From IMG/VR virus record IMGVR_UViG_3300033562_000245, positions 1 to 64,000 of that record: a stretch of 64,000 nucleotides of DNA. The stretch is one strand, 5' to 3'. Below the pieces are notes generated by a model. The model did no database searches and was not told the DNA's origin. It saw nothing but the letters and a program-made list of their open reading frames with translations. This stretch comes from a virus. Positions within the stretch are counted from its first letter, which is position 1. Each line of letters begins with the position of its first letter. This document shows, one piece after another, positions 39,849-49,242 of this stretch. The position numbers and the translations under genes were made by a program.

Positions 39849-40916
39849 ATGAGTATTTTTGCAACACTTAATAGCGAACTGGCTACAAAGAAACAAGGCA
39901 CTGGCCTGATGAGCGTAAAGATGACAAATACTTTTGTTGAGCTGATTGAGAAAAAAGAAAACTTTGATAACGCCACTGACAATCTTCTTGACATGACAGA
40001 TCGTCTCGGTTCTCTGATCGATAGTACTATCAGCATGGGCAATTACATGGCTGTTATTAAAAAGAACGGCCTTCAGCCTTCTGTATGTTCTATCCTCGCA
40101 TACGAAGTTGGTTTCGAATCTATCGCGGGTATTTCTCTTAAAGATGTTACCACAGCAACTAGAGAACAGCTTTCCACTGAAGCTTTGGGAAACATGAAAG
40201 AAACGCTAGGAAAAGCTTTTGAAGCGGTAAAGAAGTTCTTTCAGAACCTTATTATTGCTGTAAAGAAATTCTTTGCTGCTCTATTCGACAGAACAAAATC
40301 AAACATGGCTGCTCTTCAGAAACTTAACGTTGGTGTTCTATCTAAAGTAGATAAAGCCGATCTTGAGTCTTTTAATAAGGCGGAAGTTAATGTTCTTTCT
40401 AAAGCTAATTATGACAAAGCATGTACTGCCGCATCATCACTCAAAGCTTGGATCAAAACAGCCGGATCTCTTGTAGATGGCGAAGTAAAACCTTTTTCTG
40501 TTCCTGGTCTTCCTTATGGTTTTGATGGTGAAAGCTGGAAAAAACTAAGCGGCAATGTTATTGAGAAGAAAAAAGAAGAACTAAGTAAACTCGGATGGTC
40601 TCCCGCTGAGTGCAAAGCTATGGCTGAAAAAGTAAATGCGAAACTAGCAGAAGTTCTGACCCTTAAAGCTGAAGTTGCCGCTATTGAAAAACTTTCAAAC
40701 AATGCAATTAAAACTTGCGATTTTCTTATTGAAGGTAAAGAAGGCGACAACGCAGCTAAAAAAGAGCAGCTTAAACAACAGCAGGCCAACATGAAACATG
40801 TTGTTAAAGGCCTTTCTATTTACGGCGGATTCGTAAATAGTATCTGCGGTGATTTTATCACTGTATGTTCAAAGATCAAGATTAAAGGCGAGAAAAAAGA
40901 AGAAGAGAAAAAATAG
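39849..40916 (+). CDS. phiKZ-like internal head protein paralog (gp93-97 family)
   Basis: Propeptide ending LSTE|AL, then an amphipathic helix; RBS GGAGG; strong terminator after. Confidence 0.8.
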   Translation: MSIFATLNSELATKKQGTGLMSVKMTNTFVELIEKKENFDNATDNLLDMTDRLGSLIDSTISMGNYMAVIKKNGLQPSVCSILAYEVGFESIAGISLKDVTTATREQLSTEALGNMKETLGKAFEAVKKFFQNLIIAVKKFFAALFDRTKSNMAALQKLNVGVLSKVDKADLESFNKAEVNVLSKANYDKACTAASSLKAWIKTAGSLVDGEVKPFSVPGLPYGFDGESWKKLSGNVIEKKKEELSKLGWSPAECKAMAEKVNAKLAEVLTLKAEVAAIEKLSNNAIKTCDFLIEGKEGDNAAKKEQLKQQQANMKHVVKGLSIYGGFVNSICGDFITVCSKIKIKGEKKEEEKK

Positions 40917-40950
40917 TTACTTAGAATACCAGGTAATACAAGTTATATAA

Positions 40951-41003
40951 AAACTACACCAGCCCTCTCGGGCTGGTGTAGTTTGTTTGTATTTTAATAT
41001 TTT
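40951..41003 (+). terminator. terminator
   Basis: 15-bp stem AAACTACACCAGCCC/GGGCTGGTGTAGTTT plus T-rich tail. Confidence 0.8.
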
Positions 41004-41092
41004 ATGCTCTCATCGTTTTTTAGGTATGCATTACTCCTGTAGACTAATATTAATATATTTCTTTTATTATAACCCACCAAAGGAGACTACAC

Positions 41093-41641
41093 ATGACTAC
41101 AAAACAATTTTTCAAATCGTTACTCAGCAAAATAGTAAACGCTCTGTTTGTATTTCATTCAATCAAACGTAACATCCGAAATATAAAACGTTTACAAGTG
41201 CTGAATAAGTTGAATGTTTATTTTCCTGATAACGAGTTCGTGGCGTTGTCGAGATCTGACTTCGAGAACCTTTGGGCCGGTATTAATAACCTGCAGCATT
41301 GGATTGAGAACAGTTGGGATGTTCGATTCCCATACTCTTTCTTGGCCAAAGGAATCAAATGTCAATTCGATGGGACTCGGTGGAGTATTGTCAAAGACGG
41401 TACGTTTAAAAGAAATATCGGTAGTGCTATCGAACTTGGCTGGAGATCGAGTCAGATGGTCGATCTAAAGGGTCGCATTCTAACATTATTAGAAGAATGT
41501 TTAATGCTGGAACAATTGATGTATTCTGGTAAGTTTCCTGGTAACGTCAATAGAGCTTTTGTTATATATGAGAACACAGTTAACTCCCTGGCCAACGAAT
41601 ACATTTCTATATGTTCTAGGCTACGATCTGATCGTAAATAA
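41093..41641 (+). CDS. truncated internal-head paralog lacking propeptide
   Basis: Aligns by eye to the mature part of 39849-40916 (FDG.xW, LGW, C-terminal ICS); RBS AAGGAG. Confidence 0.7.
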   Translation: MTTKQFFKSLLSKIVNALFVFHSIKRNIRNIKRLQVLNKLNVYFPDNEFVALSRSDFENLWAGINNLQHWIENSWDVRFPYSFLAKGIKCQFDGTRWSIVKDGTFKRNIGSAIELGWRSSQMVDLKGRILTLLEECLMLEQLMYSGKFPGNVNRAFVIYENTVNSLANEYISICSRLRSDRK

Positions 41642-41643
41642 GT

Positions 41644-41663
41644 AGGTCTATATTACTTTAATG
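41644..41663 (+). promoter_or_regulatory. putative early promoter
   Basis: AGGTCTATATTACTTTAATG, one mismatch to the 19321 copy. Confidence 0.7.
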
Positions 41664-41782
41664 ACTGGATAATAGAATTTCTCTATTCTTGACAAATTTG
41701 CCGATCCCAAAGTTATTGAAGAGGCCGGAGAAAACTTGAAGGCTTCGATTAAGATTACTTATGTAACCAAATAGTCCACCGT

Positions 41783-41832
41783 GTACAGAGCGGGTGTTCG
41801 CACCCGCTCTGTACTGTTGTATTTAATTTTTT
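41783..41832 (+). terminator. terminator with UUCG loop
   Basis: 14-bp stem GTACAGAGCGGGTG/CACCCGCTCTGTAC plus T-rich tail. Confidence 0.75.
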
Positions 41833-42001
41833 AAAAGAAAGGAGACTACCATGCATATATTCGTACTTGTTATAATCCTTATGTAGATCGATCTAGCCCT
41901 CATCAAAAAAATAAACGATGAGAGGGCTAGAGCAAGAAAAGAATCGGCTGCTTTTCGAAATACAAAAGCAGTTCGATACTCTCAAAGAAAGTTAACCCAG
42001 T

Positions 42002-42049
42002 AAGGCCCCCTTTTAGGGGGCCTTTACACCTAACGAGTTTTATTTTTTC
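42002..42049 (+). terminator. terminator
   Basis: AAGGCCCCCT/AGGGGGCCTT followed by TTTTATTTTTT. Confidence 0.7.
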
Positions 42050-42106
42050 TGTTTCTATCTTATAGGATCTCATTAATACCGAACCACTATAAAAAAGGAA
42101 TGGCCG

Positions 42107-43624
42107 ATGACATTTAAAGGACTAGAAACCTTATTAAATACAACCGATACTAAACTTGGCTTTGCAATGGAAAAAGCTATACAGCCCTTATGCGACGTCA
42201 GGGATGCTGAACCGGACGGCAACAAACGTTCTGATCTCATGAGAGATATTCTTCCTGGTGTTATAAAGAATTTAACATCGGTTATGGCCGATTATTATAA
42301 GGTTCCATTTGCTATAAAAGATTATCCTAACTCACAGGATGCTTACTTCTTGCCTAGATTCAAGTACGGAAGTAGATTAGAAAAAACATTAACCGATAGA
42401 TGGTATCAAAAAACATCTATAAAAACAAATACAGCAGATGGGCTTTCTAAGTTAAATGATTCTCTGCTTCATGATATATATTTAGATAACCCTGATTTAG
42501 ATGATAAAGATGTTTTAGCAGGATTCTCATTCGATGTAGTAATAGACTTCGTTGGATTTTTGAACTCATCCGAAGAGATTACTGTAGGTATAGAGGATTT
42601 TACAGCAGCAGAAGTGGTTGCTTTTATACTACACGAATTTGGTCATTTTATCAGTATGTGTAAAAGATTTTCTCAGACCAAACTGTCATTACGAGTCGCT
42701 AAGGAGCATTATAGTTATTTCCTAAAATACGCAGAGCCTGAAGAGAAAAAGAAATTTATAGATCATCAAATTAAAATGTTCGGTGAGGATAAGTATATTC
42801 CAAAAGAACACTTAGAATTAGCACAAAAAATTGCTATAGTAGAAAAAGAAGTTAAAAGTTCTATTCTTGATATACCTGGTGACGTTCTAAGAAATATTCT
42901 TTACACAATAGGTGTATTGGTTATAGTAGGAAATAATATCTTAGACTCTATTCTCGAGATGGTCATTACAAAAGGGTTTACAAATAGTCTGTTGGAAATA
43001 GCCAGTATTAGGTACCAAAAAGACGACGATTACTTATCTAACAATCGACAAATGAGTTTAAAAGAAACGGAAGCCGATTCGTATGCTGCACACCACGGGT
43101 ACGGCGGGGCTTTATCTTCAGGTTTGTCTAAACTACAACAAGCAGGTCGGCTGACAATGTTCTTTACGAAAGGTGCTAGACAATCGAAATATCTATATTA
43201 CCTTAGTACTTTTGTAGACGCTACGGTTACGACTATCACGAACGAAGAAGATATGACCGGTCTATATACATACGAACCGTTGGTTGCTCGTTTAACTACC
43301 ATTAGATCAGAAACAGTTAAATGTCTTAAGGATGCCAAATTACCAAGAGAAATATCAAATAAATATTTATCTCAGCTTGACGAGATAGAAAGAAATATTA
43401 AAGCCGCGAAAACTAAGCATATGCTTCCTGGTATTATTAATAGTTTGATTTCTGTAATTGCATATATTAACCCTATATATTTTGTCACAGCAGCAGGGTT
43501 TCTACTGTTTACAAATAAGACTCCTGGTATGGGCAAGCTTTTAAAACAAATAGAACTACTAAAAAATAATGATATATATGTAGCATCAGCTAAATTTAGT
43601 TCGATGTTAGAAAGGAAACAATAA
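42107..43624 (+). CDS. virion-block protein with M48-like zinc metalloprotease motifs (phiKZ gp98-like position)
   Basis: ILHEFGH (42632) and ETEAD...GYGGALSSGLSKL (43064); GLE/AME/GIE cleavage-like sites. Confidence 0.7.
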   Translation: MTFKGLETLLNTTDTKLGFAMEKAIQPLCDVRDAEPDGNKRSDLMRDILPGVIKNLTSVMADYYKVPFAIKDYPNSQDAYFLPRFKYGSRLEKTLTDRWYQKTSIKTNTADGLSKLNDSLLHDIYLDNPDLDDKDVLAGFSFDVVIDFVGFLNSSEEITVGIEDFTAAEVVAFILHEFGHFISMCKRFSQTKLSLRVAKEHYSYFLKYAEPEEKKKFIDHQIKMFGEDKYIPKEHLELAQKIAIVEKEVKSSILDIPGDVLRNILYTIGVLVIVGNNILDSILEMVITKGFTNSLLEIASIRYQKDDDYLSNNRQMSLKETEADSYAAHHGYGGALSSGLSKLQQAGRLTMFFTKGARQSKYLYYLSTFVDATVTTITNEEDMTGLYTYEPLVARLTTIRSETVKCLKDAKLPREISNKYLSQLDEIERNIKAAKTKHMLPGIINSLISVIAYINPIYFVTAAGFLLFTNKTPGMGKLLKQIELLKNNDIYVASAKFSSMLERKQ

Positions 43625-44715
43625 TGTCTTCTCATAATACCTTTAAAGTAATCGATTCTATTCTAGTAAAAAATAAAATAGAGCAAAGTAGTACCTTATA
43701 TGAAAACATAGTTGCGTCATATGAAAATTTAATGACCTGCGATATATACCCGGACGCAATGGAGATTAACCGAATAAATAGTAGCATAGAAAACCTAAAC
43801 TCTTTATTTTTTGAGTTAGAGAGATTTAAATCAACCGACATCGATATTCGAGTATTGAACGACTTAAATCTCTTAGACAATTTAACTGTGAATGATTTTA
43901 AAGGTCTATCTCAATCCGGATGTCAAGAACTTGCAATTGAAAGTTTTGGGTCCGCCATTAGAGACGGACTTATTCGTCTGTTTCAGTACATAATTAAAAA
44001 ATTTAGCGAGTTAATTGATTTTATTAAGAAGTGGTTTATTTCGGCATGGAAAGGTGAGCACCTAAAAAAATCAGCAAACGATCTAAACGATAAAATAAGA
44101 ACAGCCCCAAAAGAAAAACTACTTCTTGTTAGAGTAGAAAATGTAATGAATTTGACAGAAGGTTCTTTAAGATGTAATTTGTACGGTGAACTAATTACAG
44201 CTATATTTCATACATTGGAATCGAATAAGTATTTAATAGATGTTGATAACTATACCTTAGATCTTGATACTCTAAGAATACCTATGGCAGCGGCTATAGC
44301 TGTGGCCGACCCTAATGGTCGACTTGGTGTTACTTTAGATGTATTCGATAAAAAGGTTGTATTTAGTGCCCCTCCTATGAAAGAGGATAGTGTGATAACC
44401 TGCGCGGCTTCTGATGATAATAACCATCAGGCATTACTATTGTTAATTTCTAATTTAGAAAAAACAATGGCAATATTTATTAAGTCTTTAGAACCTATCA
44501 AACAGTCCCATGCTGAGGTAGAGGATAAAATACGAAAGATTAGAAAAGCAGATCCTAACGGGGTCAGCCAAGCGATGGTAGATCGTGCCCAAATTTATTT
44601 TAATTTTCTACTTGTAGCTGAGAAAATATGTAAACTTTGTGCTATGGATTATAATAAAATACGCGCTACTTTCGGAAAACTTCAATCTGAGATAGATAAA
44701 CAACTAAAAGAATAG
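43624..44715 (+). CDS. internal head protein paralog
   Basis: Propeptide ending AIE|SFG, amphipathic helix, C-terminal coiled coil. Confidence 0.75.
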   Translation: MSSHNTFKVIDSILVKNKIEQSSTLYENIVASYENLMTCDIYPDAMEINRINSSIENLNSLFFELERFKSTDIDIRVLNDLNLLDNLTVNDFKGLSQSGCQELAIESFGSAIRDGLIRLFQYIIKKFSELIDFIKKWFISAWKGEHLKKSANDLNDKIRTAPKEKLLLVRVENVMNLTEGSLRCNLYGELITAIFHTLESNKYLIDVDNYTLDLDTLRIPMAAAIAVADPNGRLGVTLDVFDKKVVFSAPPMKEDSVITCAASDDNNHQALLLLISNLEKTMAIFIKSLEPIKQSHAEVEDKIRKIRKADPNGVSQAMVDRAQIYFNFLLVAEKICKLCAMDYNKIRATFGKLQSEIDKQLKE

Positions 44716-44960
44716 AAGATGAAAAACTATTGTTGTTTTAAAGACGAGTATTACAGAAAACGCTAAAGAATTGGTTAGCAATATAGATATAGTTCTACCT
44801 GTAATAATGAACGATTACAAAGGTACAATTTCCTCTATAGCGAATATAAATAGTGAGTTTTTGCACTTCTCTATAAAAGATTAAATAATGGCTATTGGAC
44901 TTAATACGAAAATTAAAAGATTAATAGTTAAAAATAAATACAGTAACATAAGAGGCCAAT

Positions 44961-45953
44961 ATGGAATCGTTAGACAGACGAAGCGAATTAGAAGATATAA
45001 AAGACGGGTTACTACTTGTAAATAACCTATGCACTATCCATGACATATGTAAGTCAGAAGGTACCAACCAAAGAACTTTAGATACGATCGAACTAATGTA
45101 TCCCGGATACGTTAAGCTTCTTCGTGGATGTAAATCTACAGAAAGTATCCTTGTTGGCACTGCTAATGTAATTCGAAAAATCTTCGAACTTATATTCGAA
45201 ACAATTAAAAGAATCACTCGACTTATTCTTTCTTTGATTTCAGATAGACATAGTAAATTAATGAAAGTAAAGAATGACGTAGATAGAATCAAAAATATCA
45301 AAGGCGATATTGAGATTAAATCTGACAACCCTCTCGCCAGAGGCCAGCTAGAATCTATGTTTAAAACGGTAATTCCCTATGAACTATTTATGTCAAGATT
45401 CAAAGCGGCCCAAGCACTAGAAAAGAAAGTTCGGGATATAAACCTAGAAGACTTTTATTCTGCTGCTAATTCAGTAAAAGAAACGGCTAAAGATCACGCT
45501 TTGCATTTGGTGTTTCCTGAGAAGGATCTTTATGCTAGTATCGGTATTAAGTATGATAGCGATTTTAGTAAAATGACCTTTGAGCCCATCATGGAAACCG
45601 AATCATACAAGAAAGAAAATATCTATACATTAGATAAAGTTAAAGAAATTATTATCGACTACTCTAAATTTACAGACTTGTGTGATAATATTTATAATTT
45701 GAATAAAGATATCATCTCTACCATGGAGAAGTGTAAAAACTTCGGACAAAAAGTAGAAGATGAAATTCAACATATAGATAAAGCAGATACTAATAAAATA
45801 AACAAAATTAAAGGCGCTGCAAATTCGATCCAGGAAATAATCTTTATATGCGATTATATCTCTAGTTTTACTTTAAAAGATCTCGCTAAAATTGAAATGT
45901 TATGCGGCACCGTTGCCACATTTGTAGAAACTAACAGAAGAAAAATTAAATAA
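44961..45953 (+). CDS. internal head protein paralog
   Basis: MESLD leader, KSTE|SIL cleavage-like site. Confidence 0.75.
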   Translation: MESLDRRSELEDIKDGLLLVNNLCTIHDICKSEGTNQRTLDTIELMYPGYVKLLRGCKSTESILVGTANVIRKIFELIFETIKRITRLILSLISDRHSKLMKVKNDVDRIKNIKGDIEIKSDNPLARGQLESMFKTVIPYELFMSRFKAAQALEKKVRDINLEDFYSAANSVKETAKDHALHLVFPEKDLYASIGIKYDSDFSKMTFEPIMETESYKKENIYTLDKVKEIIIDYSKFTDLCDNIYNLNKDIISTMEKCKNFGQKVEDEIQHIDKADTNKINKIKGAANSIQEIIFICDYISSFTLKDLAKIEMLCGTVATFVETNRRKIK

Positions 45954-45971
45954 ATTACGAAAGGGTAACCA

Positions 45972-47021
45972 ATGAATTCTTTAGATTATAATCTCAAAAT
46001 GGAAAAATTTAATAAAACTGTTATTTGTTGTGAAACGTTATTAAACATGCACGACATGAAACAGAACAAAGTATCTGACAAAGCTATACTCACTTATGCC
46101 AAAATTAACGACATAGGTATTGCCGAATACTTTGCTCATGAAATTTCGACCGAAGGTATCATAAGTAAGGTATGGGAATTCCTTGTGAATCTATTCAAAA
46201 CTATCATGGAATTTTTAAGTGTAATTAAAACCGTTGTGGTTGCACAGAGAAAGAAACAAAAGATTAAAGAATTGTCGGAAATAATCACCAAAAAAGCTAA
46301 TCAATTAATTAAGGTGCCTTACATAAACCATACAGTTCAAACGACAGCAGATAAAGAAAAAGAGGAATCTTGGCAAAAACTTGTTAACTTCCAATTCGTT
46401 AAAGACAGAGCCAATGGCTGTGTAAAGTTTCTCACTGAGTTCGAAAGCCGAACACAAATACTTGCTCTAAGTGCATCCCCTATAGATTATTTGATAGCCA
46501 ATCCGGATAAAACAGAAGAGAGTAAATTTGAATTCGAAATCCAGATGAAACATATAGGTTTTTCATACGAAAATAAAACATTAAAATTAGATGCGTTCCA
46601 CGAATGCCCGACGGCTGAAGGTTATGTTCCGAATGGTAGACTAGAGCATATAAATGATTTTCCGAAACTAATGACAGCGTCGAACGCACTGGCCGAAGAG
46701 ATCGTAAAATGGGATGTCAATTTAAAAGCTCAAGCATTCATAATCGAACGCGGAAAAACAATGTCTGATTTGAAAAAACGAATTGCTTCGGGCCAAAAAG
46801 AATCCGCCGATGTTTGTATAAAAATATTAAAAGCGTTTAAACATGTTATTGTTATAATAAACAGCCTCCAACAAGATCTTGTTAAAATGTCTGACAACAT
46901 ATATAGTTTTCTAGTACTTACAGACAGCCTGCTTAATAAAATTAAAAAAGCTGTTGCTATCGAAACTAAAACTTATTCTAAAACCAAATACAAGGGCGAG
47001 TACGCCGTAGCTACCGCTTAA
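45972..47021 (+). CDS. internal head protein paralog
   Basis: MNSLD...CCETL leader, ISTE|GII. Confidence 0.78.
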   Translation: MNSLDYNLKMEKFNKTVICCETLLNMHDMKQNKVSDKAILTYAKINDIGIAEYFAHEISTEGIISKVWEFLVNLFKTIMEFLSVIKTVVVAQRKKQKIKELSEIITKKANQLIKVPYINHTVQTTADKEKEESWQKLVNFQFVKDRANGCVKFLTEFESRTQILALSASPIDYLIANPDKTEESKFEFEIQMKHIGFSYENKTLKLDAFHECPTAEGYVPNGRLEHINDFPKLMTASNALAEEIVKWDVNLKAQAFIIERGKTMSDLKKRIASGQKESADVCIKILKAFKHVIVIINSLQQDLVKMSDNIYSFLVLTDSLLNKIKKAVAIETKTYSKTKYKGEYAVATA

Positions 47022-47049
47022 CTTCAAACGATGAAAAGGATTTAACTAA

Positions 47050-48153
47050 ATGGAATCATTAGATTATAAACTTTACGATGAAAGAACAGAAAAACTTATA
47101 AACATGGCTGATAGTTTAATTATCTGCTGCGAAACCCTTTCTCCTAAAAATAAAATATCTCTGCAGTTACTCGAACTCAATGACAGTCAAGCCTTTGATT
47201 ATATTAAAGATTGCACTTCTGTAGAAGGTATTGTAGATAAAACAACAGACCTCCTTAAAACGATTTATACACGAATCAAAAAAGTAATCGATAAAGTTAC
47301 TTCTTTTGTTGCGGATACAACTACTGCCTTTACCAAATTCAGAGGACGCCTTTCTGCGAGTAAAAATGTAATATCCGCCGTCAGAAACACCCAATATTTT
47401 AAAGACACTAAAGTAAAATTTGACAACGAGGTCGAAAAACATTATAATAAATCATACTCCGAAGTTGCCCCGTTGAATTATCTTAAAGACAGATTCAGTA
47501 GTATCAGCGAACTAAGAAATGTTCTGATGAGATACGATATCACTAAATTTAAGAAAATGAGAGAGTCTGATCTTATTAAATTGAACAATATTACCGACCT
47601 AAAAAATGATATCCTTTCTTCTTTTATTAGGAGTAATTCTTCATCTAAAAAGAAAAACGGAATCGAACTTACTAGTGGCGGAAATATTCAATTTACATCG
47701 TACGATAAAGTAGTTGAAAATTATAAGCCGACGATGGATGAATTTAAAAAGATGTATGATGATATCTCAGTTATCGAGATGTTTACTGGGAAATTAACAG
47801 AATCTCTTAATATCATCAAAGAAGATCTTAATCATTTGCAAAAACTCGGAAAAACAATTACTAATAATGTTGAAAATAAATTAGTATCTAGTGTAATGCT
47901 GAAAGCTTTGAAAATTATAATCGCAGTGCAAAAAGAATTAGTATACCAAATTAGCGCTCTGGGTGACAATTTAAAGAAATCTGTCATTTCGGTTATGAAA
48001 TTATACGATTATATCAGTAGAATGAATTATACAGGGCAAGGCGCAGGGCAAACTGTATCAGAAAAAGAAGCAGCTGCCAATAGAGCTTTAATCGGAGCAC
48101 TTATATTGCAAATAGTATCGGTTGTTATGCGCATCTCAGTCATTTCTCATTAA
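47050..48153 (+). CDS. internal head protein paralog with hydrophobic C-terminus
   Basis: MESLD...CCETL leader, TSVE|GIV; C-terminal ALIGALILQIVSVVM. Confidence 0.75.
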   Translation: MESLDYKLYDERTEKLINMADSLIICCETLSPKNKISLQLLELNDSQAFDYIKDCTSVEGIVDKTTDLLKTIYTRIKKVIDKVTSFVADTTTAFTKFRGRLSASKNVISAVRNTQYFKDTKVKFDNEVEKHYNKSYSEVAPLNYLKDRFSSISELRNVLMRYDITKFKKMRESDLIKLNNITDLKNDILSSFIRSNSSSKKKNGIELTSGGNIQFTSYDKVVENYKPTMDEFKKMYDDISVIEMFTGKLTESLNIIKEDLNHLQKLGKTITNNVENKLVSSVMLKALKIIIAVQKELVYQISALGDNLKKSVISVMKLYDYISRMNYTGQGAGQTVSEKEAAANRALIGALILQIVSVVMRISVISH

Positions 48154-48172
48154 TATTCAAATATCAACGTAA

Positions 48173-48201
48173 GTTGCAGGCTCGGTCACCGAGCCTGCAA
48201 C
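48173..48201. promoter_or_regulatory. 13-bp intergenic hairpin without U-tract
   Basis: GTTGCAGGCTCGG-TCA-CCGAGCCTGCAAC. Confidence 0.55.
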
Positions 48202-48228
48202 GCCGTATCGGAGAATTAAAGGATTCAT

Positions 48229-49185
48229 ATGGACAATTTAGATTTAACATTCGAAATGAAATATCTAAAGGATTCTCTAGTGTGTTGCGAAACCCTTTGT
48301 AATGTCTATGAGATGAGAAAAAATAAAGTTTCTGACAAAACAATCCACGTGTACGCGTATTGTAATGACGTAGGAATTGCCGAATACCTAGAAGGATCGC
48401 CTTCTACTGAAAGTCTCTGGGAAACAGTTAAAAATACATGTATTAAAGTTTATGAATTCTTTAGAGATCTTCTTAAAAAAGTTTTAACTTTTTTTGGTGT
48501 AGGTGCTTCTAAAGATAAGGCGGAAGCCAATAAGAAAAAAGAAAAAGAATTGCATGAATTTGAAGAAGAAATCAAAAAAGATCCGGACATCGATGATGAT
48601 TTAGATGAGGACGAGATACGAAGGAGACATAAACACGCATGGGCCGCGGCAAATGCAAAAAAAGAATTACAAACGATCCAAGAATTATTAGCTAAGATTC
48701 GACCAGATGAGAGCTTAGCCGCCAAAATGACAGAAGAAACAAAAGCTTACGGTTATCGGGTCAGTGATGGAAAATTGTCGTTTATAAAAGACGACCCTGA
48801 CGACGACGATGACGACCCTAGATGGAATGAAATGACGCACATGAAAACTATTATAGAGAACTGCGCTGAAGTCTATAAAAAAATAGAAGCTACAAAGAAA
48901 GAAGCAAATAAAATTATATCCGATTTTAAAGCTGCCGACAATAAATTCAAACAAGAAGTCGGTAAAATAAACTCAGAAAAAGAGGGCGATACTTCGGCAG
49001 TAAAAGAAGTTATAGGTGAAATTAGATTCGGAATCGATGCTCTAGGTAATATGCACGTAATCAACAAAGAAATTGATAAGATTAATAACCAAAACGATCA
49101 AGTTTTCAACGGCGTTAAAATTGTTTATGCAAAAGCGTCTAGGCCGGAAAGACGCAGATTGAAAAAACAAGTTACTAAGAAATAA
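48229..49185 (+). CDS. internal head protein paralog with acidic tracts
   Basis: MDNLD...CCETL leader, PSTE|SLW; poly-Asp inserts. Confidence 0.78.
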   Translation: MDNLDLTFEMKYLKDSLVCCETLCNVYEMRKNKVSDKTIHVYAYCNDVGIAEYLEGSPSTESLWETVKNTCIKVYEFFRDLLKKVLTFFGVGASKDKAEANKKKEKELHEFEEEIKKDPDIDDDLDEDEIRRRHKHAWAAANAKKELQTIQELLAKIRPDESLAAKMTEETKAYGYRVSDGKLSFIKDDPDDDDDDPRWNEMTHMKTIIENCAEVYKKIEATKKEANKIISDFKAADNKFKQEVGKINSEKEGDTSAVKEVIGEIRFGIDALGNMHVINKEIDKINNQNDQVFNGVKIVYAKASRPERRRLKKQVTKK

Positions 49186-49195
49186 AATATAAACC

Positions 49196-49242
49196 TATAC
49201 CACCCGGCATGTGCCGGATGGTATAAATAACTATTACATTTT
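49196..49242. terminator. terminator between convergent genes
   Basis: TATACCACCCGGCA/TGCCGGATGGTATA with one mismatch. Confidence 0.65.
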
